From the NCBI GenBank assembly GCA_043228905.1, contig JBHGNT010000028.1, positions 124,001 to 188,000 of the forward strand: 64,000 bases of DNA, written 5' to 3'. The translations under genes and the position numbers were made by a program. The notes beneath the pieces were generated by a model. That model had not been told where the DNA came from. It saw only the letters and a program-made list of their open reading frames with translations, and ran no database searches. Shown piece after piece: positions 49,401 to 64,000 of this stretch. The stretch is from Azolla caroliniana. Taxonomy: Eukaryota > Plantae > Polypodiophyta. Within the stretch, counting starts at the first letter, position 1. Every line of letters starts with the position of its first letter.

Positions 49401-52400
49401 AGATATGAACATTTTAATTTACCTACTAGCTCTTCCCAACTCACTCCTCAAATTTGCTAATTTCGTCATGTCTCTCGACATGAGTTTCAAAATCTTGATT
49501 TTTTAATTCCATATCATATCTAGCGTTGTTAGCTTCGATTCGCATGTTTGAACACAAAAATCCGATATCACACTCGCCAGATATGAACATTTTAATTTAC
49601 TCAAGGGCTCTTCCCAACTCACTCCTCAAATTTGGGAATTTCGTCATGTCTCTCGACCTGAGTTTCAAAATCTTGATTTTTTAATTCCATATCATAGCTA
49701 GCGTTGTTAGCTTCGATTCGCATGTTTGAACACAAAAATCCGATATCACACTCGCCAGTTATGAACATATTAATTTACCTACTAGCTCTTCCCAACTCCC
49801 TCCTCATGTTGCTAATTTTGTCATGTCTCTCGACCTGAGTTTCAAAATCTTGATTTTTTAATTCCATATCCTAGCTAGCGTTGTTAGCTTCGATTCGCAT
49901 GTTTGAACACAAAAATCCGATATCCCACTCGCCAGATATGAACATTTTAATTTACCTACTAGCTCTTCCCAACTCACTCCTCAAATTTGCTAATTTCCTC
50001 ATGTCTCTCGACCTGTGTTTCAAAATCTTGATTTTTTAATTCCATATCATAGCTACCGTTGTTAGCTTCGATTCGCATGTTTGACCACAAAAATCCGATA
50101 TAACACTCGCCAGTTATGAACATTTTAATTTACCTAGTAGCTCTTCCCAACTCCCTCCTCATGTTGCTAATTTCGTCATGTCTCTCGACCTGAGTTTCAA
50201 AATCTTGATTTTTTAATTCCATATCCTAGCTAGCGTTGTTAGCTTCGATTCGCATGTTTGAACACAAAAATCCGATATCACACACGCCAGATATGAACAT
50301 TTTAATTTACCTACTAGCTCTTCCCAACTCACTCCTCAAATTTGGGAATTTCGTCATGTCTCTCGACCTGAGTTTCAAAATCTTGATTTTTTAATTCCAT
50401 ATCATAGCTAGCGTTGTTAGCTTCGATTCGCATGTTTGAACACAAAAATCCGATATCCCACTCGCCAGATATGAACATTTTAATTTACCTAGTAGCTCTT
50501 CCCAACTCACTCCTCAAATTTGGGAATTTCGTCATGTCTCTCGACCTGAGTTTCAAAATCTTGATTTTTTAATTCCATATCATAGCTAACGTTGTTAGCT
50601 TCGATTCACATGATTGAACACAAAAATCCGATATCACACGAGCCAGGTATGATCATTTTAATTTACCTACTAGCTCTTCCCAACTCCCTCCTCATGTTGC
50701 TAATTTTGTCATGTCTCTCGACCTGAGTTTCAAAATCTTGATTTTTTAATTCCATATCCTAGCTAGCGTTGTTAGCTTCGATTCGCATGTTTGAACACAA
50801 AAATCCGATATCCCACTCGCCAGATATGAACATTTTAATTTACCTACTAGCTCTTCCCAACTCACTCCTCAAATTTGCTAATTTCCTCATGTCTCTCGAC
50901 CTGAGTTTCAAAATCTTGATTTTTTAATTCCATATCATAGCTACCGTTGTTAGCTTCGATTCGCATGTTTGAACACAAAAATCCGATATCACACTCGCCA
51001 GTTATGAACATTTTAATTTACCTACTAGCTCTTCCCAACTCCCTCCTCATGTTGCTAATTTTGTCATGTCTCTCGACCTGAGTTTCAAAATCTTGATTTT
51101 TTAATTCCATATCCTAGCTAGCGTTGTTAGCTTCGATTCGCATGTTTGAACACAAAAATCCGATATCACACTCGCCAGATATGAACATTTTAATTTACCT
51201 ACTAGCTCTTCCCAACTCACTCCTCAAATTTGCTAATTTCGTCATGTCTCTCGACATGAGTTTCAAAATCTTGATTTTTTAATTCCATATCATAGCTAGC
51301 GTTGTTAGCTTCGATTCACATGTTTGAACACAAAAATCCGATAGCACACGAGCCAGGTATGATCATTTTAATTTACTCAAGGGCTCTTCTCAACTCCCTC
51401 GTCAGCGTTGCTAATTTCGTCATGTCTCTCGACCTGAGTTTCAAAATCTTGATTTTTTAATTCTATATCATAGCTAGCGTTGTTAGCTTCGATTCGCACG
51501 TTTGAACAGAAAAATCCGATATCACACGTACCAGATATGAACATTTTAATTTACCTACTAGCTCTTCCCAACTCACTCCTCAAATTTGGGAATTTCGTCA
51601 TATCTCTCGACCTGAGTTTCAAAATCTTGATTTTTTAATTCGATATCCTAGCTAGCGTTGTTAGCTTCGATTCGCATGTTTGAACACAAAAAACCGATAT
51701 CACACGCACCAGATATGAACATTTTAATTTACCTACTAGCTCTTCCCAACTCCCTCCTCATGTTGCTAATTTTGTCATGTCTCTCGACCTGAGTTTCAAA
51801 ATCTTGATTTTTTAATTCCATATCCTAGCTAGCGTTGTTAGCTTCGATTCGCATGTTTGAACACAAAAATCCGATATCACACTCGCCAGATATGAACATT
51901 TTAATTTACCTAGCAGCTCTTCCCAACTCACTCCTCAAATTTGCTAATTTCGTCATGTCTCTCGACATGAGTTTCAAAATCTTGATTTTTTAATTCCATA
52001 TCATAGCTAGCGTTGTTAGCTTCGATTCGCATGTTTGAACACAAAAATCCGATATAACACTCGCCAGTTATGAACATTTTAATTTACCTAGTAGCTCTTC
52101 CCAACTCCCTCCTCATGTTGCTAATTTCGTCATGTCTCTCGACCTGAGTTTCAAAATCTTGATTTTTTAATTCCATATCCTAGCTAGCGTTGTTAGCTTC
52201 GATTCGCATGTTTGAACACAAAAATCCGATATCACACTCGCCAGATATGAACATTTTAATTTACCTACTAGCTCTTCCCAACTCACTCCTCAAATTTGGG
52301 AATTTCGTCATGTCTCTCGACCTGAGTTTCAAAATCTTGATTTTTTAATTCCATATCATAGCTAGCGTTGTTAGCTTCGATTCGCATGTTTGAACACAAA

Positions 52401-55400
52401 AATCCGATATCCCACTCGCCAGATATGAACATTTTAATTTACCTAGTAGCTCTTCCCAACTCCCTCCTCATGTTGCTAATTTCGTCATGTCTCTCGACGT
52501 GAGTTTCAAAATCTTGATTTTTTAATGCCATATCATAGCTAACATTGTTAGCTTCGATTCACATGATTGAACACAAAAATCCGATATCACACTCGCCAGT
52601 TATGAACATTTTAATTTACCTACTAGCTCTTCCCAACTCCCTCCTCATGTTGCTAATTTCGTGATGTCTCTCGACGTGAGTTTCAAAATCTTGATTTTTT
52701 AATTCCATATCATAGCTACCGTTGTTAGCTTCGATTCGCATGTTTGAACACAAAAATCCGATATAACACTCGCCAGTTATGAACATTTTAATTTACCTAG
52801 TAGCTCTTCCCAACTCCCTCCTCATGTTGCTAATTTCGTCATGTCTCTCGACCTGAGTTTCAAAATCTTGATTTTTTAATTCCATATCATAGCTAGCGTT
52901 GTTAGCTTCGATTCGCATGTTTGAACACAAAAATCCGATATCCCACTCGCCAGATATGAACATTTTAATTTACCTAGTAGCTCTTCCCAACTCCCTCCTC
53001 ATGTTGCTAATTTCGTCATGTCTCTCGACGTGAGTTTCAAAATCTTGATTTTTTAATGCCATATCATAGCTAACGTTGTTAGCTTCGATTCACATGATTG
53101 AACACAAAAATCCGATATCACACTCGCCAGTTATGAACATTTTAATTTACCTACTAGCTCTTCCCAACGCCCTCCTCATGTTGCTAATTTTGTCATGTCT
53201 CTCGACCTGAGTTTCAAAATCTTGATTTTTTAATTCCATATCCTAGCTAGCGTTGTTAGCTTCGATTCGCATGTTTGAACACAAAAATCCGATATCCCAC
53301 TCGCCAGATATGAACATTTTAATTTACCTACTAGCTCTTCCCAACTCACTCCTCAAATTTGCTAATTTCCTCATGTCTCTCGACCTGAGTTTCAAAATCT
53401 TGATTTTTTAATTCCATATCATAGCTACCGTTGTTAGCTTCGATTCGCATGTTTGAACACAAAAATCCGATATCACACTCGCCAGTTATGAACATTTTAA
53501 TTTACCTACTAGCTCTTCCCAACTCCCTCCTCATGTTGCTAATTTTGTCATGTCTCTCGACCTGAGTTTCAAAATCTTGATTTTTTAATTCCATATCCTA
53601 GCTAGCGTTGTTAGCTTCGATTCGCATGTTTGAACACAAAAATCCGATATCACACTCGCCAGATATGAACATTTTAATTTACCTACTAGCTCTTCCCAAC
53701 TCACTCCTCAAATTTGCTAATTTCGTCATGTCTCTCGACATGAGTTTCAAAATCTTGATTTTTTAATTCCATATCATAGCTAGCGTTGTTAGCTTCGATT
53801 CACATGTTTGAACACAAAAATCCGATAGCACACGAGCCAGGTATGATCATTTTAATTTACTCAAGGGCTCTTCTCAACTCCCTCGTCAGCGTTGCTAATT
53901 TCGTCATGTCTCTCGACCTGAGTTTCAAAATCTTGATTTTTTAATTCTATATCATAGCTAGCGTTGTTAGCTTCGATTCGCACGTTTGAACAGAAAAATC
54001 CGATATCACACGTACCAGATATGAACATTTTAATTTACCTACTAGCTCTTCCCAACTCACTCCTCAAATTTGGGAATTTCGTCATATCTCTCGACCTGAG
54101 TTTCAAAATCTTGATTTTTTAATTCGATATCCTAGCTAGCGTTGTTAGCTTCGATTCGCATGTTTGAACACAAAAAACCGATATCACACGCACCAGATAT
54201 GAACATTTTAATTTACCTACTAGCTCTTCCCAACTCCCTCCTCATGTTGCTAATTTTGTCATGTCTCTCGACCTGAGTTTCAAAATCTTGATTTTTTAAT
54301 TCCATATCCTAGCTAGCGTTGTTAGCTTCGATTCGCATGTTTGAACACAAAAATCCGATATCACACTCGCCAGATATGAACATTTTAATTTACCTACTAG
54401 CTCTTCCCAACTCACTCCTCAAATTTGCTAATTTCGTCATGTCTCTCGACATGAGTTTCAAAATCTTGATTTTTTAATTCCATATCATAGCTAGCGTTGT
54501 TAGCTTCGATTCACATGTTTGAACACAAAAATCCGATAGCACACGAGCCAGGTATGATCATTTTAATTTACTCAAGGGCTCTTCTCAACTCCCTCGTCAG
54601 CGTTGCTAATTTCGTCATGTCTCTCGACCTGAGTTTCAAAATCTTGATTTTTTAATTCTATATCATAGCTAGCGTTGTTAGCTTCGATTCGCACGTTTGA
54701 ACAGAAAAATCCGATATCACACGAGCCAGGTATGAACATTTTAATTTACCTACTAGGTCTTCCCAACTCACTCCTCAAATTTGCTAATTTTGTCATGTCT
54801 CTCGACCTGAGTTTCAAAATCTTGATTTTTTAATTCCATATCCTAGCTAGCGTTGTTAGCTTCGATTCGCATGTTTGAACACAAAAATCCGATATCCCAC
54901 TCGCCAGATATGAACATTTTAATTTACCTACTAGCTCTTCCCAACTCACTCCTCAAATTTGGGAATTTCGTCATGTCTCTCGACCTGAGTTTCAAAATCT
55001 TGATTTTTTAATTCCATATCATAGCTAACGTAGTTAGCTTCGATTCGCATGATTGAACACAAAAATCCGATATCACACGAGCCAGGTATGATCATTTTAA
55101 TTTACCTACTAGCTCTTCCCAACTCCCTCCTCATGTTGCTAATTTTGTCATGTCTCTCGACCTGAGTTTCAAAATCTTGATTTTTTAATTCCATATCCTA
55201 GCTAGCGTTGTTAGCTTCGATTCGCATGTTTGAACACAAAAATCCGATATCCCACTCGCCAGATATGAATATTTTAATTTACCTACTAGCTCTTCCCAAC
55301 TCACTCCTCAAATTTGGGAATTTCGTCATGTCTCTCGACCTGAGTTTCAAAATCTTGATTTTTTAATTCCATATCGTAGCTAGCGTTGTTAGCTTCGATT

Positions 55401-58400
55401 CACATGTTTGAACACAAAAATCCGATATCACACGAGCCAGGTATGATCATTTTAATTTACTCAAGGGCTCTTCTCAACTCCCTCGTCAGCGTTGCTAATT
55501 TCGTCATGTCTCTCGACCTGAGTTTCTAAATCTTGATTTTTTAATTCCATATCATAGCTAGCGTTGTTAGCTTCGATTCGCATGTTTGAACACAAAAATC
55601 CGATATCACACTCGCCAGTTATGAACATTTTAATTTACCTAGTAGCTCTTCCCAACTCCCTCCTAATGTTGCTAATTTCGTCATGTCTCTCGACCTGAGT
55701 TTCAAAATCTTGATTTTTTAATTCCATATCCTAGCTAGCGTTGTTAGCTTCGATTCGCATGTTTGAACACAAAAATCCGATATCACACACGCCAGATATG
55801 AACATTTTAATTTACCTACTAGCTCTTCCCAACTCACTCCTCAAATTTGGGAATTTCGTCATGTCTCTCGACCTGAGTTTCAAAATCTTGATTTTTTAAT
55901 TCCATATCATAGCTAGCGTTGTTAGCTTCGATTCGCATGTTTGAACACAAAAATCCGATATCCCACTCGCCAGATATGAACATTTTAATTTACCTAGTAG
56001 CTCTTCCCAACTCACTCCTCAAATTTGGGAATTTCGTCATGTCTCTCGACCTGAGTTTCAAAATCTTGATTTTTTAATTCCATATCATAGCTAACGTTGT
56101 TAGCTTCGATTCACATGATTGAACACAAAAATCCGATATCACACGAGCCAGGTATGATCATTTTAATTTACCTACTAGCTCTTCCCAACTCCCTCCTCAT
56201 GTTGCTAATTTTGTCATGTCTCTCGACCTGAGTTTCAAAATCTTGATTTTTTAATTCCATATCCTAGCTAGCGTTGTTAGCTTCGATTCGCATGTTTGAA
56301 CACAAAAATCCGATATCCCACTCGCCAGATATGAATATTTTAATTTACCTACTAGCTCTTCCCAACTCACTCCTCAAATTTGCTAATTTCGTCATGTCTC
56401 TCGACCTGAGTTTCAAAATCTTGATTTTTTAATTGCATATCATAGCTAGCGTTGTTAGCTTCGATTCGCATGTTTGAACACAGAAATCCGATATCACACT
56501 CGCCAGTTATGAACATTTTAATTTACCTAGTAGCTCTTCCCAACTCCCTCCTAATGTTGCTAATTTCGTCATGTCTCTCGACCTGAGTTTCAAAATCTTG
56601 ATTTTTTACTTCGAGATCATAGCTAGTGTTGTTAGCTTCGATTCCCATGTTTGAACACAAAAATCTGATATCACACTCGCCAGATATGAACATTTTAATT
56701 TACCTACTAGCTCTTCCCAACTCACTCCTCAAATTTGGGAATTTCGTCATGTCTCTCGACCTGAGTTTCAAAATCTTGATTTTTTAATTCCATATCATAG
56801 CTAGCGTTGTTAGCTTCGATTCACATGTTTGAACACAAAAATCCGATATCACACGAGCCAGGTATGATCATTTTAATTTACTCAAGGGCTCTTCTCAACT
56901 CCCTCGTCAGCGTTGCTAATTTCGTCATGTCTCTCGACCTGAGTTTCAAAATCTTGATTTTTTAATTCCATATCGTAGCTAGCGTTGTTAGCTTCGATTC
57001 ACATGTTTGAACACAAAAATCCGATATCACACGAGCCAGGTATGATCATTTTAATTTACTCAAGGGCTCTTCTCAACTCCCTCGTCAGCGTTGCTAATTT
57101 CGTCATGTCTCTCGACCTGAGTTTCTAAATCTTGATTTTTTAATTCCATATCATAGCTAGCGTTGTTAGCTTCGATTCGCATGTTTGAACACAAAAATCC
57201 GATATCACACTCGCCAGTTATGAACATTTTAATTTACCTAGTAGCTCTTCCCAACTCCCTCCTAATGTTGCTAATTTCGTCATGTCTCTCGACCTGAGTT
57301 TCAAAATCTTGATTTTTTAATTGCATATCATAGCTAGCGTTGTTAGCTTCGATTCGCATGTTTGAACACAAAAATCCGATATCACACTCGCCAGTTATGA
57401 ACATTTTAATTTACCTAGTAGCTCTTCCGAACTCCCTCCTAATGTTGCTAATTTCGTCATGTCTCTCGACCTGAGTTTCAAAATCTTGATTTTTTAATTG
57501 CATATCCTAGCTAGCGTTGTTAGCTTCGATTCGCATGTTTGAACACAAAAATCCGATATCACACTCGCCAGATATGAACATTTTAATTTACCTACTAGCT
57601 CTTCCCAACTCACTCCTCAAATTTGGGAATTTCGTCATATCTCTCGACCTGAGTTTCAAAATCTTGATTTTTTAATTCGATATCCTGGCTAGCGTTGTTA
57701 GCTTCGATTCGCATGTTTGAACACAAAAAACCGATATCATACGCACCAGATATGAACATTTTAATTTACCTACTAGCTCTTCCCAACTCACTCCTCAAAT
57801 TTGGGAATTTCGTCATATCTCTCGACCTGAGTTTCAAAATCTTGATTTTTTAATTCCATATCCTAGCTAGCGTTGTTAGCTTCGATTCGCATGTTTGAAC
57901 ACAAAAATCTGATATCACACTCGCCAGATATGAACATTTTAATTTACCTACTAGCTCTTCCCAACTCACTCCTCAAATTTGGGAATTTCGTAATGTCTCT
58001 CGACCTGAGTTTCAAAATCTTGATTTTTTAATTCCATAGCGTAGCTAGCGTTGTTAGTTTCGATTCACATGTTTGAACACAAAAATCCGATATCACACGA
58101 GCCAGGTATGATCATTTTAATTTACTCAAGGGCTCTTCTCAACTCCCTCGTCAGCGTTGCTAATTTCGTCATGTCTCTCGACCTGAGTTTCAAAATCTTG
58201 ATTTTTTAATTCCATATCGTAGCTAGCGTTGTTAGCTTCGATTCACATGTTTGAACACAAAAATCCGATATCACACGAGCCAGGTATGATCATTTTAATT
58301 TACTCAAGGGCTCTTCTCAACTCCCTCGTCAAGGTTGCTAATTTCTTCATGTCTCTCGACCTGAGTTTCAAAATCTTGATTTTTTAATTCCATATCATAG

Positions 58401-60439
58401 CTAGCGTTGTTAGCTTCGATTCGCATGTTTGAACCCAAAAATCCGATATCACACTCGCCAGTTATGAACATTTTAATTTACCTACTAGCTCTTCCCAACT
58501 CCCTCCTCATGTTGCTAATTTTGTCATGTCTCTCGACCTGAGTTTCAAAATCTTGATTTTTTAATTCCATATCCTAGCTAGCGTTGTTAGCTTCGATTCG
58601 CATGTTTGAACACAAAAATCCGATATCACACTCGCCAGATATGAACATTTTAATTTACCTACTAGCTCTTCCCAACTCACTCCTCAAATTTGCTAATTTC
58701 GTCATGTCTCTCGACATGAGTTTCAAAATCTTGATTTTTTAATTCCATATCATAGCTAGCGTTGTTAGCTTCGATTCACATGTTTGAACACAAAAATCCG
58801 ATAGCACACGAGCCAGGTATGATCATTTTAATTTACTCAAGGGCTCTTCTCAACTCCCTCGTCAGCGTTGCTAATTTCGTCATGTCTCTCGACCTGAGTT
58901 TCAAAATCTTGATTTTTTAATTCTATATCATAGCTAGCGTTGTTAGCTTCGATTCGCACGTTTGAACAGAAAAATCCGATATCACACGAGCCAGATATGA
59001 ACATTTTAATTTACCTACTAGCTCTTCCCAACTCACTCCTCAAATTTGCTAATTTTGTCATGTCTCTCGACCTGAGTTTCAAAATCTTGATTTTTTAATT
59101 CCATATCCTAGCTAGCGTTGTTAGCTTCGATTCGCATGTTTGAACACAAAAATCCGATATCCCACTCGCCAGATATGAATATTTTAATTTACCTACTAGC
59201 TCTTCCCAACTCACTCCTCAAATTTGCTAATTTCCTCATGTCTCTCGACCTGAGTTTCAAAATCTTGATTTTTTAATTGCATATCATAGCTAGCGTTGTT
59301 AGCTTCGATTCGCATGTTTGAACACAGAAATCCGATATCACACTCGCCAGTTATGAACATTTTAATTTACCTACTAGCTCTTCCCAACTCCCTCCTCATG
59401 TTGCTAATTTTGTCATGTCTCTCGACCTGAGTTTCAAAATCTTGATTTTTTAATTCCATATCCTAGCTAGCGTTGTTAGCTTCGATTCGCATGTTTGAAC
59501 ACAAAAATCCGATATCACACTCGCCAGATATGAACATTTTAATTTATCTACTAGCTCTTCCCAACTCACTCCTCAAATTTGCTAATTTCGTCATGTCTCT
59601 CGACATGAGTTTCAAAATCTTGATTTTTTAATTCCATATCATAGCTAGCGTTGTTAGCTTCGATTCACATGTTTGAACACAAAAATCCGATATCACACGA
59701 GCCAGGTATGATCATTTTAATTTACTGAAGGGCTCTTCTCAACTCCCTCGTCAGCGTTGCTAATTTCGTCATGTCTCTCGACCTGAGTTTCAAAATCTTG
59801 ATTTTTTAATTCTATATCATAGCTAGCGTTGTTAGCTTCGATTCGCACGTTTGAACAGAAAAATCCGATATCACACGTACCAGATATGAACATTTTAATT
59901 TACCTACTAGCTCTTCCCAACTCACTCCTCAAATTTGGGAATTTCGTCATATCTCTCGACCTGAGTTTCAAAATCTTGATTTTTTAATTCGATATCCTAG
60001 CTAGCGTTGTTAGCTTCGATTCGCATGTTTGAACACAAAAAACCGATATCACACGCACCAGATATGAACATTTTAATTTACCTACTAGCTCTTCCCAACT
60101 CACTCCTCAAATTTGGGAATTTCGTCATATCTCTCGACCTGAGTTTCAAAATCTTGATTTTTTAATTCCATATCCTAGCTAGCGTTGTTAGCTTCGATTC
60201 GCATGGTTGAACACAAAAAACCGATATCACACGCACCAGATATGAACATTTTAATTTACCTACTAGCTCTTCCCAACTCACTCCTCAAATTTGGGAATTT
60301 CGTCATGTCTCTCGACCTGAGTTTCAAAATCTTGATTTTTAAATTCCATATCATAGCTAACGTAGTTAGCTTCGATTCGCATGATTGAACACAAAAATCC
60401 GATATCACACGAGCCAGGTATGATCATTTTAATTTACCT

Positions 60440-61995
60440 ACTAGCTCTTCCCAACTCCCTCCTCATGTTGCTAATTTTGTCATGTCTCTCGACCTGAGTT
60501 TCAAAATCTTGATTTTTTAATTCCATATCCTAGCTAGCGTTGTTAGCTTCGATTCGCATGTTTGAACACAAAAATCCGATATCCCACTCGCCAGATATGA
60601 ATATTTTAATTTACCTACTAGCTCTTCCCAACTCACTCCTCAAATTTGCTAATTTCCTCATGTCTCTCGACCTGAGTATCAAAATCTTGATTTTTTAATT
60701 CCATAGCGTAGCTAGCGTTGTTAGTTTCGATTCACATGTTTGAACACAAAAATCCGATATTACACGAGCCAGGTATGATCATTTTAATTTACTCAAGGGC
60801 TCTTCTCAACTCCCTCGTCAGCGTTGCTAATTTCGTCATGTCTCTCGACCTGAGATCCAAAATCTTGATTTTTTAATTCCATATCGTAGCTAGCGTTGTT
60901 AGCTTCGATTCACATGTTTGAACACAAAAATCCGATATCACACGAGCCAGGTATGATCATTTTAATTTACTCAAGGGCTCTTCTCAACTCCCTCGTCAAG
61001 GTTGCTAATTTCTTCATGTCTCTCGACCTGAGTTTCAAAATCTTGATTTTTTAATTCCATATCATAGCTAGCGTTGTTAGCTTCGATTCGCATGTTTGAA
61101 CCCAAAAATCCGATATCACACTCGCCAGTTATGAACATTTTAATTTACCTACTAGCTCTTCCCAACTCCCTCCTCATGTTGCTAATTTTGTCATGTCTCT
61201 CGACCTGAGTTTCAAAATCTTGATTTTTTAATTCCATATCCTAGCTAGCGTTGTTAGCTTCGATTCGCATGTTTGAACACAAAAATCCGATATCCCACTC
61301 GCCAGATATGAATATTTTAATTTACCTACTAGCTCTTCCCAACTCACTCCTCAAATTTGCTAATTTCCTCATGTCTCTCGACCTGAGTATCAAAATCTTG
61401 ATTTTTTAATTCCATAGCGTAGCTAGCGTTGTTAGTTTCGATTCACATGTTTGAACACAAAAATCCGATATTACACGAGCCAGGTATGATCATTTTAATT
61501 TACTCAAGGGCTCTTCTCAACTCCCTCGTCAGCGTTGCTAATTTCGTCATGTCTCTCGACCTGAGATCCAAAATCTTGATTTTTTAATTCCATATCGTAG
61601 CTAGCGTTGTTAGCTTCGATTCACATGTTTGAACACAAAAATCCGATATCACACGAGCCAGGTATGATCATTTTAATTTACTCAAGGGCTCTTCTCAACT
61701 CCCTCGTCAAGGTTGCTAATTTCTTCATGTCTCTCGACCTGAGTTTCAAAATCTTGATTTTTTAATTCCATATCATAGCTAGCGTTGTTAGCTTCGATTC
61801 GCATGTTTGAACCCAAAAATCCGATATCACACTCGCCAGTTATGAACATTTTAATTTACCTACTAGCTCTTCCCAACTCCCTCCTCATGTTGCTAATTTT
61901 GTCATGTCTCTCGACCTGAGTTTCAAAATCTTGATTTTTTAATTCCATATCCTAGCTAGCGTTGTTAGCTTCGATTCGCATGTTTGAACACAAAA
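60440..61995. repeat. Tandem duplication of a 4-monomer block (711 bp)
   Basis: The private markers CCTGAGTATC (60671/61382) and GAGATCCAAA each occur twice, 711 bp apart. Confidence 0.85.
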
Positions 61996-64000
61996 ATCCG
62001 ATATCACACTCGCCAGATATGAACATTTTAATTTACCTACTAGCTCTTCCCAACTCACTCCTCAAATTTGCTAATTTCGTCATGTCTCTCGACATGAGTT
62101 TCAAAATCTTGATTTTTTAATTCCATATCATAGCTAGCGTTGTTAGCTTCGATTCACATGTTTTAACACAAAAATCCGATAGCACACGAGCCAGGTATGA
62201 TCATTTTAATTTACTCAAGGGCTCTTCTCAACTCCCTCGTCAGCGTTGCTAATTTCGTCATGTCTCTCGACCTGAGTTTCAAAATCTTGATTTTTTAATT
62301 CTATATCATAGCTAGCGTTGTTAGCTTCGATTCGCACGTTTGAACAGAAAAATCCGATATCACACGAGCCAGATATGAACATTTTAATTTACCTACTAGC
62401 TCTTCCCAACTCACTCCTCAAATTTGCTAATTTTGTCATGTCTCTCGACCTGAGTTTCAAAATCTTGATTTTTTAATTCCATATCCTAGCTAGCGTTGTT
62501 AGCTTCGATTCGCATGTTTGAACACAAAAATCCGATATCCCACTCGCCAGATATGAATATTTTAATTTACCTACTAGCTCTTCCCAACTCACTCCTCAAA
62601 TTTGCTAATTTCCTCATGTCTCTCGACCTGAGTTTCAAAATCTTGATTTTTTAATTGCATATCATAGCTAGCGTTGTTAGCTTCGATTCGCATGTTTGAA
62701 CACAGAAATCCGATATCACACTCGCCAGTTATGAACATTTTAATTTACCTAGTAGCTCTTCCCAACTCCCTCCTAATGTTGCTAATTTCGTCATGTCTCT
62801 CGACCTGAGTTTCAAAATCTTGATTTTTTACTTCGAGATCATAGCTAGCGTTGTTAGCTTCGATTCGCATGTTTGAACACAAAAATCTGATATCACACTC
62901 GCCAGATATGAACATTTTAATTTACCTACTAGCTCTTCCCAACTCACTCCTCAAATTTGGGAATTTCGTCATGTCTCTCGACCTGAGTTTCAAAATCTTG
63001 ATTTTTTAATTCCATATCGTAGCTAGCGTTGTTAGCTTCGATTCACATGTTTGAACACAAAAATCCGATATCACACGAGCCAGGTATGATCATTTTAATT
63101 TACTCAAGGGCTCTTCTCAACTCCCTCGTCAGCGTTGCTAATTTCGTCATGTCTCTCGACCTGAGTTTCAAAATCTTGATTTTTTAATTCCATATCATAG
63201 CTAGCGTTGTTAGCTTCGATTCGCATGTTTGAACACAAAAATCCGATATCACACTCGCCAGTTATGAACATTTTAATTTACCTACTAGCTCTTCCCAACT
63301 CCCTCCTCATGTTGCTAATTTTGTCATGTCTCTCGACCTGAGTTTCAAAATCTTGATTTTTTAATTCCATATCCTAGCTAGCGTTGTTAGCTTCGATTCG
63401 CATGTTTGAACACAAAAATCCGATATCACACTCGCCAGATATGAACATTTTAATTTATCTACTAGCTCTTCCCAACTCACTCCTCAAATTTGCTAATTTC
63501 GTCATGTCTCTCGACATGAGTTTCAAAATCTTGATTTTTTAATTCCATATCATAGCTAGCGTTGTTAGCTTCGATTCACATGTTTGAACACAAAAATCCG
63601 ATATCACACGAGCCAGGTATGATCATTTTAATTTACTGAAGGGCTCTTCTCAACTCCCTCGTCAGCGTTGCTAATTTCGTCATGTCTCTCGACCTGAGTT
63701 TCAAAATCTTGATTTTTTAATTCTATATCATAGCTAGCGTTGTTAGCTTCGATTCGCACGTTTGAACAGAAAAATCCGATATCACACGTACCAGATATGA
63801 ACATTTTAATTTACCTACTAGCTCTTCCCAACTCACTCCTCAAATTTGGGAATTTCGTCATATCTCTCGACCTGAGTTTCAAAATCTTGATTTTTTAATT
63901 CGATATCCTAGCTAGCGTTGTTAGCTTCGATTCGCATGTTTGAACACAAAAAACCGATATCACACGCACCAGATATGAACATTTTAATTTACCTACTAGC

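Larger units (their letters stand above)
16434..64000. repeat. Tandem satellite array, 177/178-bp monomer (~268 monomers), right of the retrotransposon; continues beyond window end
   Basis: Same monomer and orientation as the left array. It resumes exactly in register after the TSD (GCCAG-ATATG | element | ATATG-AACATTTTAA). No inversion was seen. Confidence 0.98.

Noticed and set aside
1-64000. CRISPR-like regular repeats
   Set aside because: There are no unique spacers and no cas genes; the whole 178-bp unit repeats, in a eukaryotic retroelement context.
1-64000. 5S rDNA or tRNA-derived tandem array
   Set aside because: I found no recognisable 5S rRNA sequence, Pol III A/B/C boxes or cloverleaf in the monomer.

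Overview
The window is eukaryotic (plant-type) heterochromatin with no host genes. About 58.5 kb is a single-orientation, head-to-tail satellite of 177/178-bp monomers (~330 copies), consistent with a centromeric or pericentromeric array. It is organised into many nested higher-order duplications (4-, 5-, 6-, 10-, 14-, 15-, 19-, 20-, 22- and 25-monomer offsets). The array is interrupted once by an intact, very young 5,443-bp Ty1/copia LTR retrotransposon on the minus strand (10991-16433; Tto1/Tnt1-like, probably Tork lineage). The element has 663-bp LTRs differing at 2 positions, a perfect 5-bp TSD (ATATG), a tRNA-iMet PBS, a PPT and one uninterrupted 1358-aa Gag-PR-INT-RT-RNase H ORF. Most interesting points: a possibly satellite-targeting Tork-type copia with an acidic integrase tail; two empty-site paralogues of its target in the same window; a motif shared by the LTR and one satellite variant; a palindromic double TATA plus GA-repeat and telobox in the LTR; an apparent 89+89-bp substructure of the monomer; one 81-bp phase-breaking deletion; and a cluster of private substitutions. 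The species and centromere function cannot be established from sequence alone, and all comparisons were made by eye.
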